Assembly (NCBI GenBank): GCA_900769815.1
Contig: CAAGID010000030.1
Coordinates: 80,415-144,414, forward strand
Reading direction: 5' to 3'
Length of the DNA: 64,000 bases
Source of the DNA: Clostridia bacterium
Lineage (GTDB): Bacteria > Bacillota > Clostridia > Christensenellales > QALW01
Position 1 is the stretch's first letter. Each line of letters starts with the position of its first letter. Made by a program: the position numbers and the translations under genes. The notes beneath the pieces are model-generated. The model saw only the letters and a program-made list of their open reading frames with translations. It made no database searches and was not told the DNA's origin. Of the stretch, positions 1 through 7,857 are shown piece after piece.

Positions 1-386
1 ATAACTTCTGCTTTATTAAGTGTTGATGAGAAGTTTGTAAGTTCACCTGGATATTTAAGGAAATACTTTTCGCCTAAAAGATTTTCTGCTTTTTCATAAA
101 CAGCTTGAATCTGTGAATCATCGAGAACTTCAAAATTGATAACCACAATGCCTGCATCATTAAATCCGTCTGAAACCTGCTTATACTGTTTCTGAACAAA
201 GCAACCTGTTGCTCCTGCTTCCTTCATAATAGCTTCAATATCAGCTATTTCAAACTTTTCATTAAGGTTTACGGTAAGAACGTAAGTTCCACCAACGTCA
301 GATGCACGGTCAAAGCCTAAAAAAGCACCGGTAACAAGTAATACGACTGCAATGACAACTGCTAAAATAACTGAAAGCTTCTTCAT
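1..386 (-). CDS. secF: Protein-export membrane protein SecF, N-terminal part (rest lies beyond window start)
   Basis: ATG at 386-384, two nt after the secD stop (388-390). My translation MKKLSVILAVVIAVVLLVTGAFLGFDRASDVGGTYVLTVNL... gives a signal-anchor TM followed by the DxGG(T) periplasmic start typical of SecF. The frame stays open to position 1. Confidence 0.8.
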   Translation of the reverse strand, partial: MKKLSVILAVVIAVVLLVTGAFLGFDRASDVGGTYVLTVNLNEKFEIADIEAIMKEAGATGCFVQKQYKQVSDGFNDAGIVVINFEVLDDSQIQAVYEKAENLLGEKYFLKYPGELTNFSSTLNKAEV

Positions 387-387
387 A

Positions 388-1674
388 TTACTCACCTCTC
401 TTAAGACCTAATAATTTAGTGCTTGCACCTAAGCCAACGAAAATCTTTGCAATAAATTTAAGAACAAAGATTGAAACGATAGCAGTAATAACTGAACCGC
501 CCATCAATGCAATGCCAAATGATGCAAATTCTGAACCGATAATCCAGAGTCCGATGCCAAGAACAACTGCAACTAAAGAAATCTCTAAAATAACTTTTCT
601 TTCATCCTGAATTCCTGTATCAAGTGCCGAAAGAACGTCTTTGCCTTTAGCATACTGTCTTACCACATTATTAAGGATTATAATGTGTGCAAAAATCATT
701 AAAAGTATTGCAACGAGAATACCAGCTATTGCACTTGCATTTACGATTAACCAGTTAAAGGTTGCGCTAAAGAATGTTAATGCAATAAAGCCGATAAATG
801 CTGAAAGTGTTGCAGCAAGACCTAAAAGTTTATTTGAAAGAATAAAATAAAGTGCAGTAACAACAAGAATTGCAAGTGCAGCAAAAGCAAGAACATTTAT
901 AGCCCTTTCGCCTGCAGTACCGGTTAAGATAACGTCACTTAAAGGCGATTCACTGTTTTCAAGCATTGCAACAGAACCTTCAATTGAACCTGAATTCATA
1001 CAAATTACAAATGCATTTGCGGCATTATAATCAGTAAACTTTAAAGTTGCTTTGCCGTTTTTAATCATATTGCTACCGGTTAAGGTTGCTTTTGCTTTAT
1101 CAGTATCCATCGCAAAAGTTAAAGTATATGCACCGTTTGAGGTAACACTCTTAAGTCTGGCACTTGCTTCTTTATTAAAAGTAACATCAACGTAATAAGT
1201 ATAAGTTTTACCGTCAACCGAGGCTTCTCCGCCTGTAAACTTGGCACTCTTTATATCCTTTTCATTAAAGATAACTTCTGAGCCCTTTGTAACTGTTAGC
1301 TTACCCGGATATGAAAACAAGCTGATTCCGCCAAGCATCTGTGCCTCGCTCAAAGGCATAGTAACGATAACGCTATCCTTTCCCATAACTCTTACGTCAG
1401 CATCCTTATAATCCATAAGCTCTGCACGCTTATTAAGGACATCAACTGCCTTTATCGCTTCAGCGTGAGCATCAAAATTCTGTACGTCTTTAGGTGCCGT
1501 TATATTAAAAACATAAGAAATTGACTGGCCAATATCGCCACCCTTTAACATACCATTATCCCATGAGATAAACTTTTTACCAAACAGGGACACGTTTGCG
1601 CCGAAAGCCCACAGCCCAAGTGCGGCAACAATGACCAACAGGCAAATCAATTTAATTAGACTTTTTATCTTCAT
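388..1674 (-). CDS. secD: Protein translocase subunit SecD
   Basis: 428-aa ORF with an N-terminal TM, a large periplasmic domain and a C-terminal 5-TM block (…LGLAATLSAFIGFIALTFF…GIALMGGSVITAIVSIFV). RBS AAAAGGAG upstream. Translationally adjacent to secF. Confidence 0.9.
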   Translation of the reverse strand: MKIKSLIKLICLLVIVAALGLWAFGANVSLFGKKFISWDNGMLKGGDIGQSISYVFNITAPKDVQNFDAHAEAIKAVDVLNKRAELMDYKDADVRVMGKDSVIVTMPLSEAQMLGGISLFSYPGKLTVTKGSEVIFNEKDIKSAKFTGGEASVDGKTYTYYVDVTFNKEASARLKSVTSNGAYTLTFAMDTDKAKATLTGSNMIKNGKATLKFTDYNAANAFVICMNSGSIEGSVAMLENSESPLSDVILTGTAGERAINVLAFAALAILVVTALYFILSNKLLGLAATLSAFIGFIALTFFSATFNWLIVNASAIAGILVAILLMIFAHIIILNNVVRQYAKGKDVLSALDTGIQDERKVILEISLVAVVLGIGLWIIGSEFASFGIALMGGSVITAIVSIFVLKFIAKIFVGLGASTKLLGLKRGE

Positions 1675-1744
1675 TGAAGTGCAACTCCTTTTATAGAACT
1701 TTATTTATAATGTATGCAATAATACAGTATAAAAATCTTTCTAT

Positions 1745-1773
1745 ATTATATATGAAGATTTAAAATTAGTCAA
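1745..1773 (-). promoter_or_regulatory. Sigma-A-type promoter for secDF (TTGACT-17-TATAAT)
   Basis: Minus strand reads TTGACT (1773-1768), a 17-nt spacer, then TATAAT (1750-1745), about 70 nt upstream of the secD ATG. Confidence 0.5.
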
Positions 1774-1812
1774 GATGAACATTAGAATCTCAAATAAAAT
1801 TTTACCGATTTT

Positions 1813-2181
1813 TCATCGTTTAAGGGCATTTACCGTCAATATTCCTGCAAAGATACCTATGAGGCAGGCAAAGAATAAATCAATGAGTATTTTAAAGGAA
1901 AGCTGTAACGGTTCTACGATAAGAGAAAGCAATAAACATACAAGCCAATAAACGACCGCCGTTATTACACCTGTTACTGCCCCTCGCTTTCTTATTTTAA
2001 TTGCCGAAACAATAGTTCCCGATATTATGCTTGTAATTTTTATAACTAAAGAAATGGTATTTAAAAAGCTTCCTTCAGTATCCTTTGCAAAAAGCGCAAG
2101 GGCGGCTATACCGATGACGGTAACCCCCACCGCAGTTAAAATTCCTTTTAATAATGAAAATAAAGTATTTGTTTTTTTCAC
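1813..2181 (-). CDS. Small 4-TM membrane protein (resembles TIGR04086/YrzE-like family); hypothetical
   Basis: ORF 1813..2190. AGAGGTGA sits 5-6 nt before the second GTG (2181), so I place the start there (MKKTNTLFSLLKGILTAVGV...). Four hydrophobic helices. Confidence 0.55.
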   Translation of the reverse strand: MKKTNTLFSLLKGILTAVGVTVIGIAALALFAKDTEGSFLNTISLVIKITSIISGTIVSAIKIRKRGAVTGVITAVVYWLVCLLLSLIVEPLQLSFKILIDLFFACLIGIFAGILTVNALKR

Positions 2182-2230
2182 AAAAATCACCTCTTGTCAA
2201 TATATATGAAAATTCGTGAAAAATATGTAT

Positions 2231-2264
2231 AAAAAAGCACCTTTTATCAATCGGACAAAAGGTG
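2231..2264 (-). terminator. Rho-independent terminator after the MBL/beta-CASP gene
   Basis: Minus strand reads CACCTTTTGTCCGATTGATAAAAGGTG followed by CTTTTTTAT. Confidence 0.7.
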
Positions 2265-2330
2265 TTTCTTTCTATGAAAGAACCTCTAAAAGCAGTGGTT
2301 GCTATGTTTGTTAATAATATTAAAAAATCA

Positions 2331-3932
2331 TCATTTCTCCCATTTATCAAACAATGCGCGGATCTGTGCTGCAAATTTTGCGTTATCCTTATTAGCCCTG
2401 TTCTCACACCGTTTTGCAAGATTTAACAGAGCCTCCGCTTGCAGAACGAGTTCTCTATGAACGCTGTTTTTCTTAAAACGATTTTTATTTGCACTTCCTG
2501 AAGCCACACGCTTTTTTTCAGCATACGCTGTCATAGAGCCGGTCACAAGATCGTACTCCGTTCCGCTATTGGGCGTTTCTACAGCATAGCCGCGTTCACG
2601 CAACTCATTACAAAGAACTGCGATAGATTCCTCGTTTCCGTGATTAAGAAAAACAGTCCTTGGTTTTTCTGAAAAAGAACCAAGCCATTTGAGCAACCCC
2701 GCCTGGTCCGCATGTCCGCTTGTTCCCTTTAAGGACCGAATCTCGGCACGTACCGCAATATCCTCACCAAAAAGTTTTACTGTAGGTACCCCTTCAATGA
2801 GCATCCTTCCAAGCGAACCTTCCGCTTGGTATCCCACAAACAAAATAAGATTCTGTGGTCTCCATAAGTTATGCTTTAAATGATGGCGAATTCTTCCCGC
2901 CTCACACATTCCGCTTGCAGAGATAATAACCTTTGATTGGGATGTTTCATTGATCATCCTAGAAGCATCCACCGTAATAGCTAACTTTAAATTTTCAAAA
3001 CGGATGGGGTCTATTCCCTGTTCGATCATCTGTCTTGTTTCTAAATCAAAATTCTCAATATCACAATTTGCAAAAATATTAGTTGCCTCTATTGCAAGGG
3101 GACTATCCACATAAACCGGAAAGCTCGTATCCTTAACAAGTTTACGTTGCTTGATTTCTCGTATCGCATATAAAAGTTCCTGTGTTCTGCCAACTGCAAA
3201 AGATGGAATTACAACATTACCGCCTCGGGCAAAGGTACGCTCAATATAATTTGCCAATACCTCAATGGTATCGGTATGGCGCTCATGATTTCTGCTTCCG
3301 TAGGTAGATTCCATAACAAGATAATCTGTATTTTCTACGGAAGACGGGTCATTTATAATAGGTTGATCTGTATTTCCAACGTCACCGCTAAATACAATCT
3401 TGCGTTCATTAGCCCCTTCCCGAAGCCAAAGCTCGATGGCAGCCGAGCCGAGAAGATGGCCAATATCGGTAAAACGAATATCCACACCGGCTGCAACGGT
3501 TATACGTTCATTATATGCAACGCCGTGAAACAGAGATATTGCCCCAATAGCATCCTCCATTGTATACGTGGGTTGTAGGTTCTCCTCGCCCGAACGCTCC
3601 GCTTTACGATTTTTCCATTCAACCTCGCTCATTTGTATATGAGCACTATCTCTAAGCATAATATCCGATAACTTAGCTGTAGCCTTTGTTGCATAAATAG
3701 TTCCCCGGAAGCCGTCCTTATACAATCTTGGCAGCATTCCCGAATGATCAATATGAGCGTGTGTAAGAAAAACAGCATCTACTTGGCTAGGGGCAATAGG
3801 CAAAGGAATATTTTGAAAGACATCAATTCCTTGTTCCATTCCACAATCAACAAGATAATATCTGTTGCTTATCTCAAGCAAGGTGCAACTTCCTGTTACC
3901 TCTTGCGCTGCTCCGATAAACTGAATTTTCAT
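2331..3932 (-). CDS. MBL-fold metallo-hydrolase with beta-CASP / RNA-specificity domain (RNase J/CPSF-like nuclease)
   Basis: MKIQFIGAAQEVTGSC…, HAHIDHSG motif, beta-CASP region, C-terminal …GHADQAGLLKW. Start moved to the ATG at 3932 (RBS GAAAGGA about 10 nt upstream). The 36-codon N-terminal extension in the track has no support. Confidence 0.85.
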   Translation of the reverse strand: MKIQFIGAAQEVTGSCTLLEISNRYYLVDCGMEQGIDVFQNIPLPIAPSQVDAVFLTHAHIDHSGMLPRLYKDGFRGTIYATKATAKLSDIMLRDSAHIQMSEVEWKNRKAERSGEENLQPTYTMEDAIGAISLFHGVAYNERITVAAGVDIRFTDIGHLLGSAAIELWLREGANERKIVFSGDVGNTDQPIINDPSSVENTDYLVMESTYGSRNHERHTDTIEVLANYIERTFARGGNVVIPSFAVGRTQELLYAIREIKQRKLVKDTSFPVYVDSPLAIEATNIFANCDIENFDLETRQMIEQGIDPIRFENLKLAITVDASRMINETSQSKVIISASGMCEAGRIRHHLKHNLWRPQNLILFVGYQAEGSLGRMLIEGVPTVKLFGEDIAVRAEIRSLKGTSGHADQAGLLKWLGSFSEKPRTVFLNHGNEESIAVLCNELRERGYAVETPNSGTEYDLVTGSMTAYAEKKRVASGSANKNRFKKNSVHRELVLQAEALLNLAKRCENRANKDNAKFAAQIRALFDKWEK

Positions 3933-4061
3933 AAAAAACATATCCTTTCTGAATCCTATACTGAAAAGCAAAGCACTGCATCGCCTACCATAATGGGTAT
4001 GTATCATACATTTTACATATTCAAAATATATTTGGCACATAAAAGTACTTTGTTTAAAGTA

Positions 4062-4090
4062 ATTATATCACATATTCCCAAACATTTCAA
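4062..4090 (-). promoter_or_regulatory. Sigma-A promoter with extended -10 (TTGAAA-17-TGaTATAAT) for the MBL nuclease gene
   Basis: Minus strand reads TTGAAA (4090-4085), a 17-nt spacer ending TGTGA, then TATAAT (4067-4062). Confidence 0.55.
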
Positions 4091-4156
4091 TGAAATCGTG
4101 CTTTACGCGATGAAATCTACTTGTCATATGAAAGAACGACTAAAAGTAGTATAGCG

Positions 4157-4480
4157 TCACTTCTTAGAACAACCAACAATCTTGACTAGAATTCCTATCA
4201 GAACTTGTAGTGCAATAATAGCCAACGGAACATATGTCATATATCTTCCTATATTTTTAATGAAAGGGTCATCTTGAACAAGAAGAACCAAACCAACAAT
4301 TAGCACGATAGCTAATAGCGCAGCAAATATGGTTACAATACTCTTTATTGTTTTCTTTGTTTTTTTTGAAATCGTTTTATCGGGAACAATCAATTGCATC
4401 AATTTTATATAACAATACCCAATCAACTCTAACATTCCTTCAAAAAAAATTTCAAAAAACATTTCTAATAGACATCCCAT
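4157..4480 (-). CDS. Hypothetical small membrane protein (107 aa, 2-3 TM)
   Basis: ORF whose ATG overlaps the final TAA of the upstream four-helix-bundle reading frame (TAATG). Hydrophobic segments IVTIFAALLAIVLIVGLVLLV and VPLAIIALQVLIGILV. No recognisable family. Confidence 0.45.
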   Translation of the reverse strand: MGCLLEMFFEIFFEGMLELIGYCYIKLMQLIVPDKTISKKTKKTIKSIVTIFAALLAIVLIVGLVLLVQDDPFIKNIGRYMTYVPLAIIALQVLIGILVKIVGCSKK

Positions 4481-4830
4481 TATTTATTCTCCTTTGCGGT
4501 TTTACAGGTTGCGATCAACAGATTACAAATATTGGCACAAGATTTCTCGGTATATTGATATGTAGCAATATCGATTCTTTTGGTTTCATACATCAATTTC
4601 AACTAATAACTAGTTTCATTTGATTATTTCAATGCGATTTCTAATTTTGCTACAAAATCCTTCTTGCTCTGTACATATTGTGCTTCGTGGATATTGGTGT
4701 CAACGGATGTACCTACCCTTGCAAGCTGATCGGTCATATAAGAACTTTTGGGCGCGGTCACATCGTCAACAAGATTAACAATTGCAACTGCAAATTTAAC
4801 AGATAGATCAAGTAATTTGTTTTCGGACAT
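4480..4830 (-). pseudogene. Four-helix-bundle protein (23S rRNA-intervening-sequence-protein family, TIGR02436-like) interrupted by two in-frame stop codons
   Basis: RBS AAGGTG + ATG at 4830. The frame reads MSENKLLDLSVKFAVAIVNL…AQYVQSKKDFVAKLEIALK-TAA(4626-4624)-SNETSY-TAG(4605-4603)-LKLMYETKRIDIATYQY…TAKENK-TAA. The two stops fall where the family consensus, as I recall it, has …ALKE..ETxYWLxLL… (E and W). Confidence 0.75.
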
Positions 4831-4953
4831 AATAGCACCTTCTTTCGAAAGTATTATACCATAAAATGTTATGTTCTTCAATGATGCATCGCCATTGGCG
4901 ATATGATATACGGCTTTCACCGTATGATATACTTGCTTTGCAAGCATGATATA

Positions 4954-5045
4954 ATATCCGTTTCTTTCATACGCGAAGCGTATATCATCTGCGAAGCAGA
5001 TATCATAGCGTCAGATATATCACCCGTTCCGCGAGAAACGGATAT
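4954..5045. repeat. 12-bp perfect inverted repeat (ATATCCGTTTCT / AGAAACGGATAT) enclosing three degenerate ~17-bp tandem units (GCGAAGCnnATATCAT)
   Basis: 4954-4965 ATATCCGTTTCT and 5034-5045 AGAAACGGATAT are exact reverse complements. Between them lie GCGAAGCGTATATCAT (4974-4989), GCGAAGCAGATATCAT (4991-5006) and GCGTCAGATATATCAC (5008-5023). Confidence 0.6.
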
Positions 5046-5050
5046 CATTA

Positions 5051-5090
5051 AAAAAAGTCACCTTTGTCGGTAGACAAAAGTGACTTTTTT
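5051..5090 (-). terminator. Rho-independent (bidirectional-looking) terminator after tRNA-Asp
   Basis: A6-GTCACCTTTGTC-GGTA-GACAAAAGTGAC-T6: a 12-bp stem with one mismatch, flanked by A and T runs. Confidence 0.8.
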
Positions 5091-5092
5091 CT

Positions 5093-5169
5093 TGGCGACC
5101 CGGATGGGGCTCGAACCCACGACCTCTAGCGTGACAGGCTAGCGCTCTAACCAGCTGAGCTACCGGGCC
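5093..5169 (-). tRNA. tRNA-Asp (anticodon GTC), CCA encoded
   Basis: Reverse complement GGCCCGGTAGCTCAGCTGGTTAGAGCGCTAGCCTGTCACGCTAGAGGTCGTGGGTTCGAGCCCCATCCGGGTCGCCA folds as a cloverleaf with anticodon loop CTGTCAC. Confidence 0.95.
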
Positions 5170-5176
5170 AATATGA

Positions 5177-5252
5177 TGGTGGGAACAATAGGGCTCGAAC
5201 CTATGACCCTCTGCTTGTAAGGCAGATGCTCTCCCAGCTGAGCTATGCTCCC
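5177..5252 (-). tRNA. tRNA-Val (anticodon TAC), CCA encoded
   Basis: Reverse complement GGGAGCATAGCTCAGCTGGGAGAGCATCTGCCTTACAAGCAGAGGGTCATAGGTTCGAGCCCTATTGTTCCCACCA folds as a cloverleaf with anticodon loop CTTACAA. Confidence 0.95.
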
Positions 5253-5268
5253 ATCAATTAACACGCTT

Positions 5269-5297
5269 ATTATATTATAAAGCAAAAATCTTGTCAA
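5269..5297 (-). promoter_or_regulatory. Consensus sigma-A promoter for the tRNA-Val/Asp pair (TTGACA-17-TATAAT)
   Basis: Minus strand reads TTGACA (5297-5292), a 17-nt spacer, then TATAAT (5274-5269), about 16 nt before the tRNA-Val 5' end. Confidence 0.7.
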
Positions 5298-5318
5298 TAG
5301 AAATTTTCATATTTTTCT

Positions 5319-5750
5319 TTAAAATAAAATAACGCCTTTTTTAAGTATAACATTAGCATACTGAGATGTTTCCCCCGTAGCAACAACTGCATACGCCTTT
5401 TTTGCTCTATCGTAAAAAGCAAAGCGCTCAATAAAAGTTATTTCGCTTTCAGTTGCGTGCTCGTTTACTATTTCTTTAAAATCTTCCCATATAAGGGGTT
5501 TGGGGTCTCCTTCAATTGCTTGCATAACAATAAATTTTTCATTATCGTACTGATCAAGAGGAAAGAGTGGTAATATAGCTTTTAAAAGTTCTACCATTCC
5601 TATACCTTCTGCTCGTATTATCTGATTATTATGTGCTATACTTTCCGCAGGAAAATTGGCATCTGCAAGAACTATTTCATCACCATGCCCCATTTCGCAA
5701 AGAATCTTTAATAACTGCGGTGAAATTATGGGTGATATATTTTTTAACAT
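5319..5750 (-). CDS. fucU: RbsD/FucU-family sugar mutarotase (L-fucose mutarotase-like)
   Basis: MLKNISPIISPQLLKILCEMGHGDEIVLADANFP…FAFYDRAKKAYAVVATGETSQYANVILKKGV closely parallels the E. coli FucU sequence pattern as I recall it. RBS GGAAGGAG. Confidence 0.85.
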   Translation of the reverse strand: MLKNISPIISPQLLKILCEMGHGDEIVLADANFPAESIAHNNQIIRAEGIGMVELLKAILPLFPLDQYDNEKFIVMQAIEGDPKPLIWEDFKEIVNEHATESEITFIERFAFYDRAKKAYAVVATGETSQYANVILKKGVILF

Positions 5751-5930
5751 AATAATCTCCTTCCAAAATTACTGTATCAGTAAAAATTAAGCGACCCTAT
5801 ATACTATTCCATTCATTTTGCTACTTCAGTATATTCTGAGTCCTCAAACTAAGCTCTGCTCAATTGTCGAGCAGCACTGACAAAACGATGCAATTTTTCT
5901 TTAATACCCTATTACTCAGTATATGTAATT

Positions 5931-7094
5931 TCAGTTAAGTCCTATATTATCTAAAAAAGCATTCATTTCATCAAATTTTGTTTTGGCAAGATTCCCGTTT
6001 ATTGCTATTTCCCGTTTTGCCATTTTTGCCACATTCGGATTTAACAGCATAAACCATCGTCTGATCTGCATCAACGGCATCAGCCAACGGTGTTTTTCAA
6101 GTACAGGATAATACCTTTTTAATTTGGCATATGGGATAAATATCCTGGATAAAACATACCCCATACGTCCACCTTTTTTCTTTTGTTGGAGCGCCACACG
6201 GTTATCTGTTGAACCATATACACCTCCATGTAATAGAAAATCTTGCATTTGAAGTGATAATTTATCCGGTTTCTTACCACGAAACCATACTTCGTTCAAC
6301 ATCCGTGATGCATTTGAGAATTTTAGCAGTCTGCCTTGAGACAACAATACATCACGAGCAGATAGATCAATGTCTTTCATGCGATCTAATATCCAAAGAT
6401 CAATAAACGGACGAATTCCACACCCTCCGTTTTCAAAATGTTTTGCCATATGTGCGATATGGTAGAAATAGAAGTAAGCATCTGTCATTTCATACCAATA
6501 TTCACTATTTTCACGTAACGTAACATTCTCCCAAACAGAACGCAAAATATCAATAGCGTTTTGGGCTCGTCCTTCTTCTACTAAATCAAAATGAATTTCC
6601 ACATGTATTCCATTTTGAGTAAACAAGGACACATCATGGGTAGCACGTTCCTTCTCAACATAATTCTCGTGGCTTACCAGATATGAAATCGCTATTTCCA
6701 AATCTTCACGATGCACAAGAACGTCAATATCACAGCTCGTACGCATCCATTCTTCCGGATAATACTTTCGGATCACAGAACCTTTTAGCGGAAGAAACGG
6801 AATGTGAGCATTTTCAAGTGCTGCACAAAGTTTTTCATATTCGTATTCTATTCGTTCATAACGCCAAATCGCTTTAAGAATACATTTTTCTAATTCAGCA
6901 TTCTCTTTTGTTATAAGTTCATTTTGCTTTAATCCAAGAACCAAAAGATGGACTACGTCATGCACGGACGATATTTTCAACAAATCTTGGAGTAACTCGG
7001 GCGAGTAATTATTTTTTTCTTCTTCCGTTATTTTCGTTCCACAGATCGCAGAACGCAACAAAGCGAAAAGTATTTGAATTGTTCTTTGATCCAT
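5931..7094 (-). CDS. Uncharacterised nucleotidyltransferase-family protein (PF14907/NTP_transf_5-like), last gene of the polysaccharide locus
   Basis: 387 aa. The N-terminal helical region (…LLKISSVHDVVHLLVLGL…) followed by …PLKGSVIRKYYPEEWMRTSCDIDVLV…HVEIH… is typical of this family. Confidence 0.6.
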   Translation of the reverse strand: MDQRTIQILFALLRSAICGTKITEEEKNNYSPELLQDLLKISSVHDVVHLLVLGLKQNELITKENAELEKCILKAIWRYERIEYEYEKLCAALENAHIPFLPLKGSVIRKYYPEEWMRTSCDIDVLVHREDLEIAISYLVSHENYVEKERATHDVSLFTQNGIHVEIHFDLVEEGRAQNAIDILRSVWENVTLRENSEYWYEMTDAYFYFYHIAHMAKHFENGGCGIRPFIDLWILDRMKDIDLSARDVLLSQGRLLKFSNASRMLNEVWFRGKKPDKLSLQMQDFLLHGGVYGSTDNRVALQQKKKGGRMGYVLSRIFIPYAKLKRYYPVLEKHRWLMPLMQIRRWFMLLNPNVAKMAKREIAINGNLAKTKFDEMNAFLDNIGLN

Positions 7095-7119
7095 AGTGAT
7101 GTACTCCTTGTAATATTGT

Positions 7120-7857
7120 TTATCGTGTAATTCCTATATATTCGGCTTTTACTTTTTCATAACTTTCCAAGTTTCCAATATCATATCGTTTCCCGGGCAT
7201 TTCCATGGCGTGAACTTGTGTTTGTGTGCAAAGCCAAGTAATATAGCTTCCGGGTGCATCAATTCCACATCCGCTGTCAATACCTTTTTGCACAAGTTTT
7301 ACATCTTCTCTTGTGTAATAATAAAACGGAGGACAACACCAATGTGACTTCGGCTCAGTGGGTTTTTCTTCCATATCTGTTACCATATCATTTCCGTCAA
7401 TGCAAACCACACCGCACTTTTTTAGTTTTTCAACTGATTCCTCATAATAACGCATAATGCACGACGTCTGCTTTTCAATTGCGTACTTTATGAATCTCGT
7501 CAAACTGAAATCAAGTAGATTATCGCCGGCAATGACAAGTACATCGTCGTCGAGTTTCAACTGTTCAATGGCAAATTGAATGTCCTTGACAGCACCGAGA
7601 CGAGTTTCGTTTGTACTTGTTCCGTCGTCAACAACTGTGACTTTCTGCGTTTTTTCAGCCGCCCACTTTCCAAAATGATGAGCAAACTTATGGTTTGAAA
7701 TGACTACATATTCGTCAACTGCCCCAAAACTGTCAATATCATCGAGCAGCCAATCAAGTATGGTTTTTTCTTGAACTTCAAGTAAAGGTTTCGGGAAATT
7801 TTCTGTCAAAGGATAAAGTCTTGTGGCATATCCTGCTGCCAAAATCAAACACTTCAT
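7120..7857 (-). CDS. Sugar-1-phosphate nucleotidyltransferase (NTP_transferase fold; nucleotide and sugar specificity unknown)
   Basis: MKCLILAAGYATRLYPLTENFPKPLL… (GxGTRL-type P-loop variant); 245 aa. Its start overlaps the stop of the upstream kinase (ATGA overlap at 7854-7857). Confidence 0.8.
   Translation of the reverse strand: MKCLILAAGYATRLYPLTENFPKPLLEVQEKTILDWLLDDIDSFGAVDEYVVISNHKFAHHFGKWAAEKTQKVTVVDDGTSTNETRLGAVKDIQFAIEQLKLDDDVLVIAGDNLLDFSLTRFIKYAIEKQTSCIMRYYEESVEKLKKCGVVCIDGNDMVTDMEEKPTEPKSHWCCPPFYYYTREDVKLVQKGIDSGCGIDAPGSYITWLCTQTQVHAMEMPGKRYDIGNLESYEKVKAEYIGITR

Noticed and set aside
2075-2419. 114-aa minus-strand ORF spanning the gap between the MBL gene and the small membrane protein
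   Set aside because: It overlaps both neighbouring genes and the terminator at 2231-2264, and has no RBS or recognisable motifs.
3933-4040. N-terminal extensions offered by the ORF track (2331-4040, and also 7854-9101, 12691-14007, 40603-41220, 48838-50112, 54929-55657, 55599-56879)
   Set aside because: The extensions run through RBSs, terminators, the ZTP riboswitch or the preceding gene. Internal start codons with good Shine-Dalgarno spacing coincide with the conserved family N-termini.
5751-5930. Hairpin GCTGCTC-GACAATT-GAGCAG as terminator of the polysaccharide operon, and a small-peptide (RiPP-like) precursor next to the PF14907 gene
   Set aside because: The stem is only about 6 bp with no T-run. 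The only ATG-initiated ORF here is 9 codons (MNGIVYRVA) with no RBS. Nothing supports a precursor peptide.
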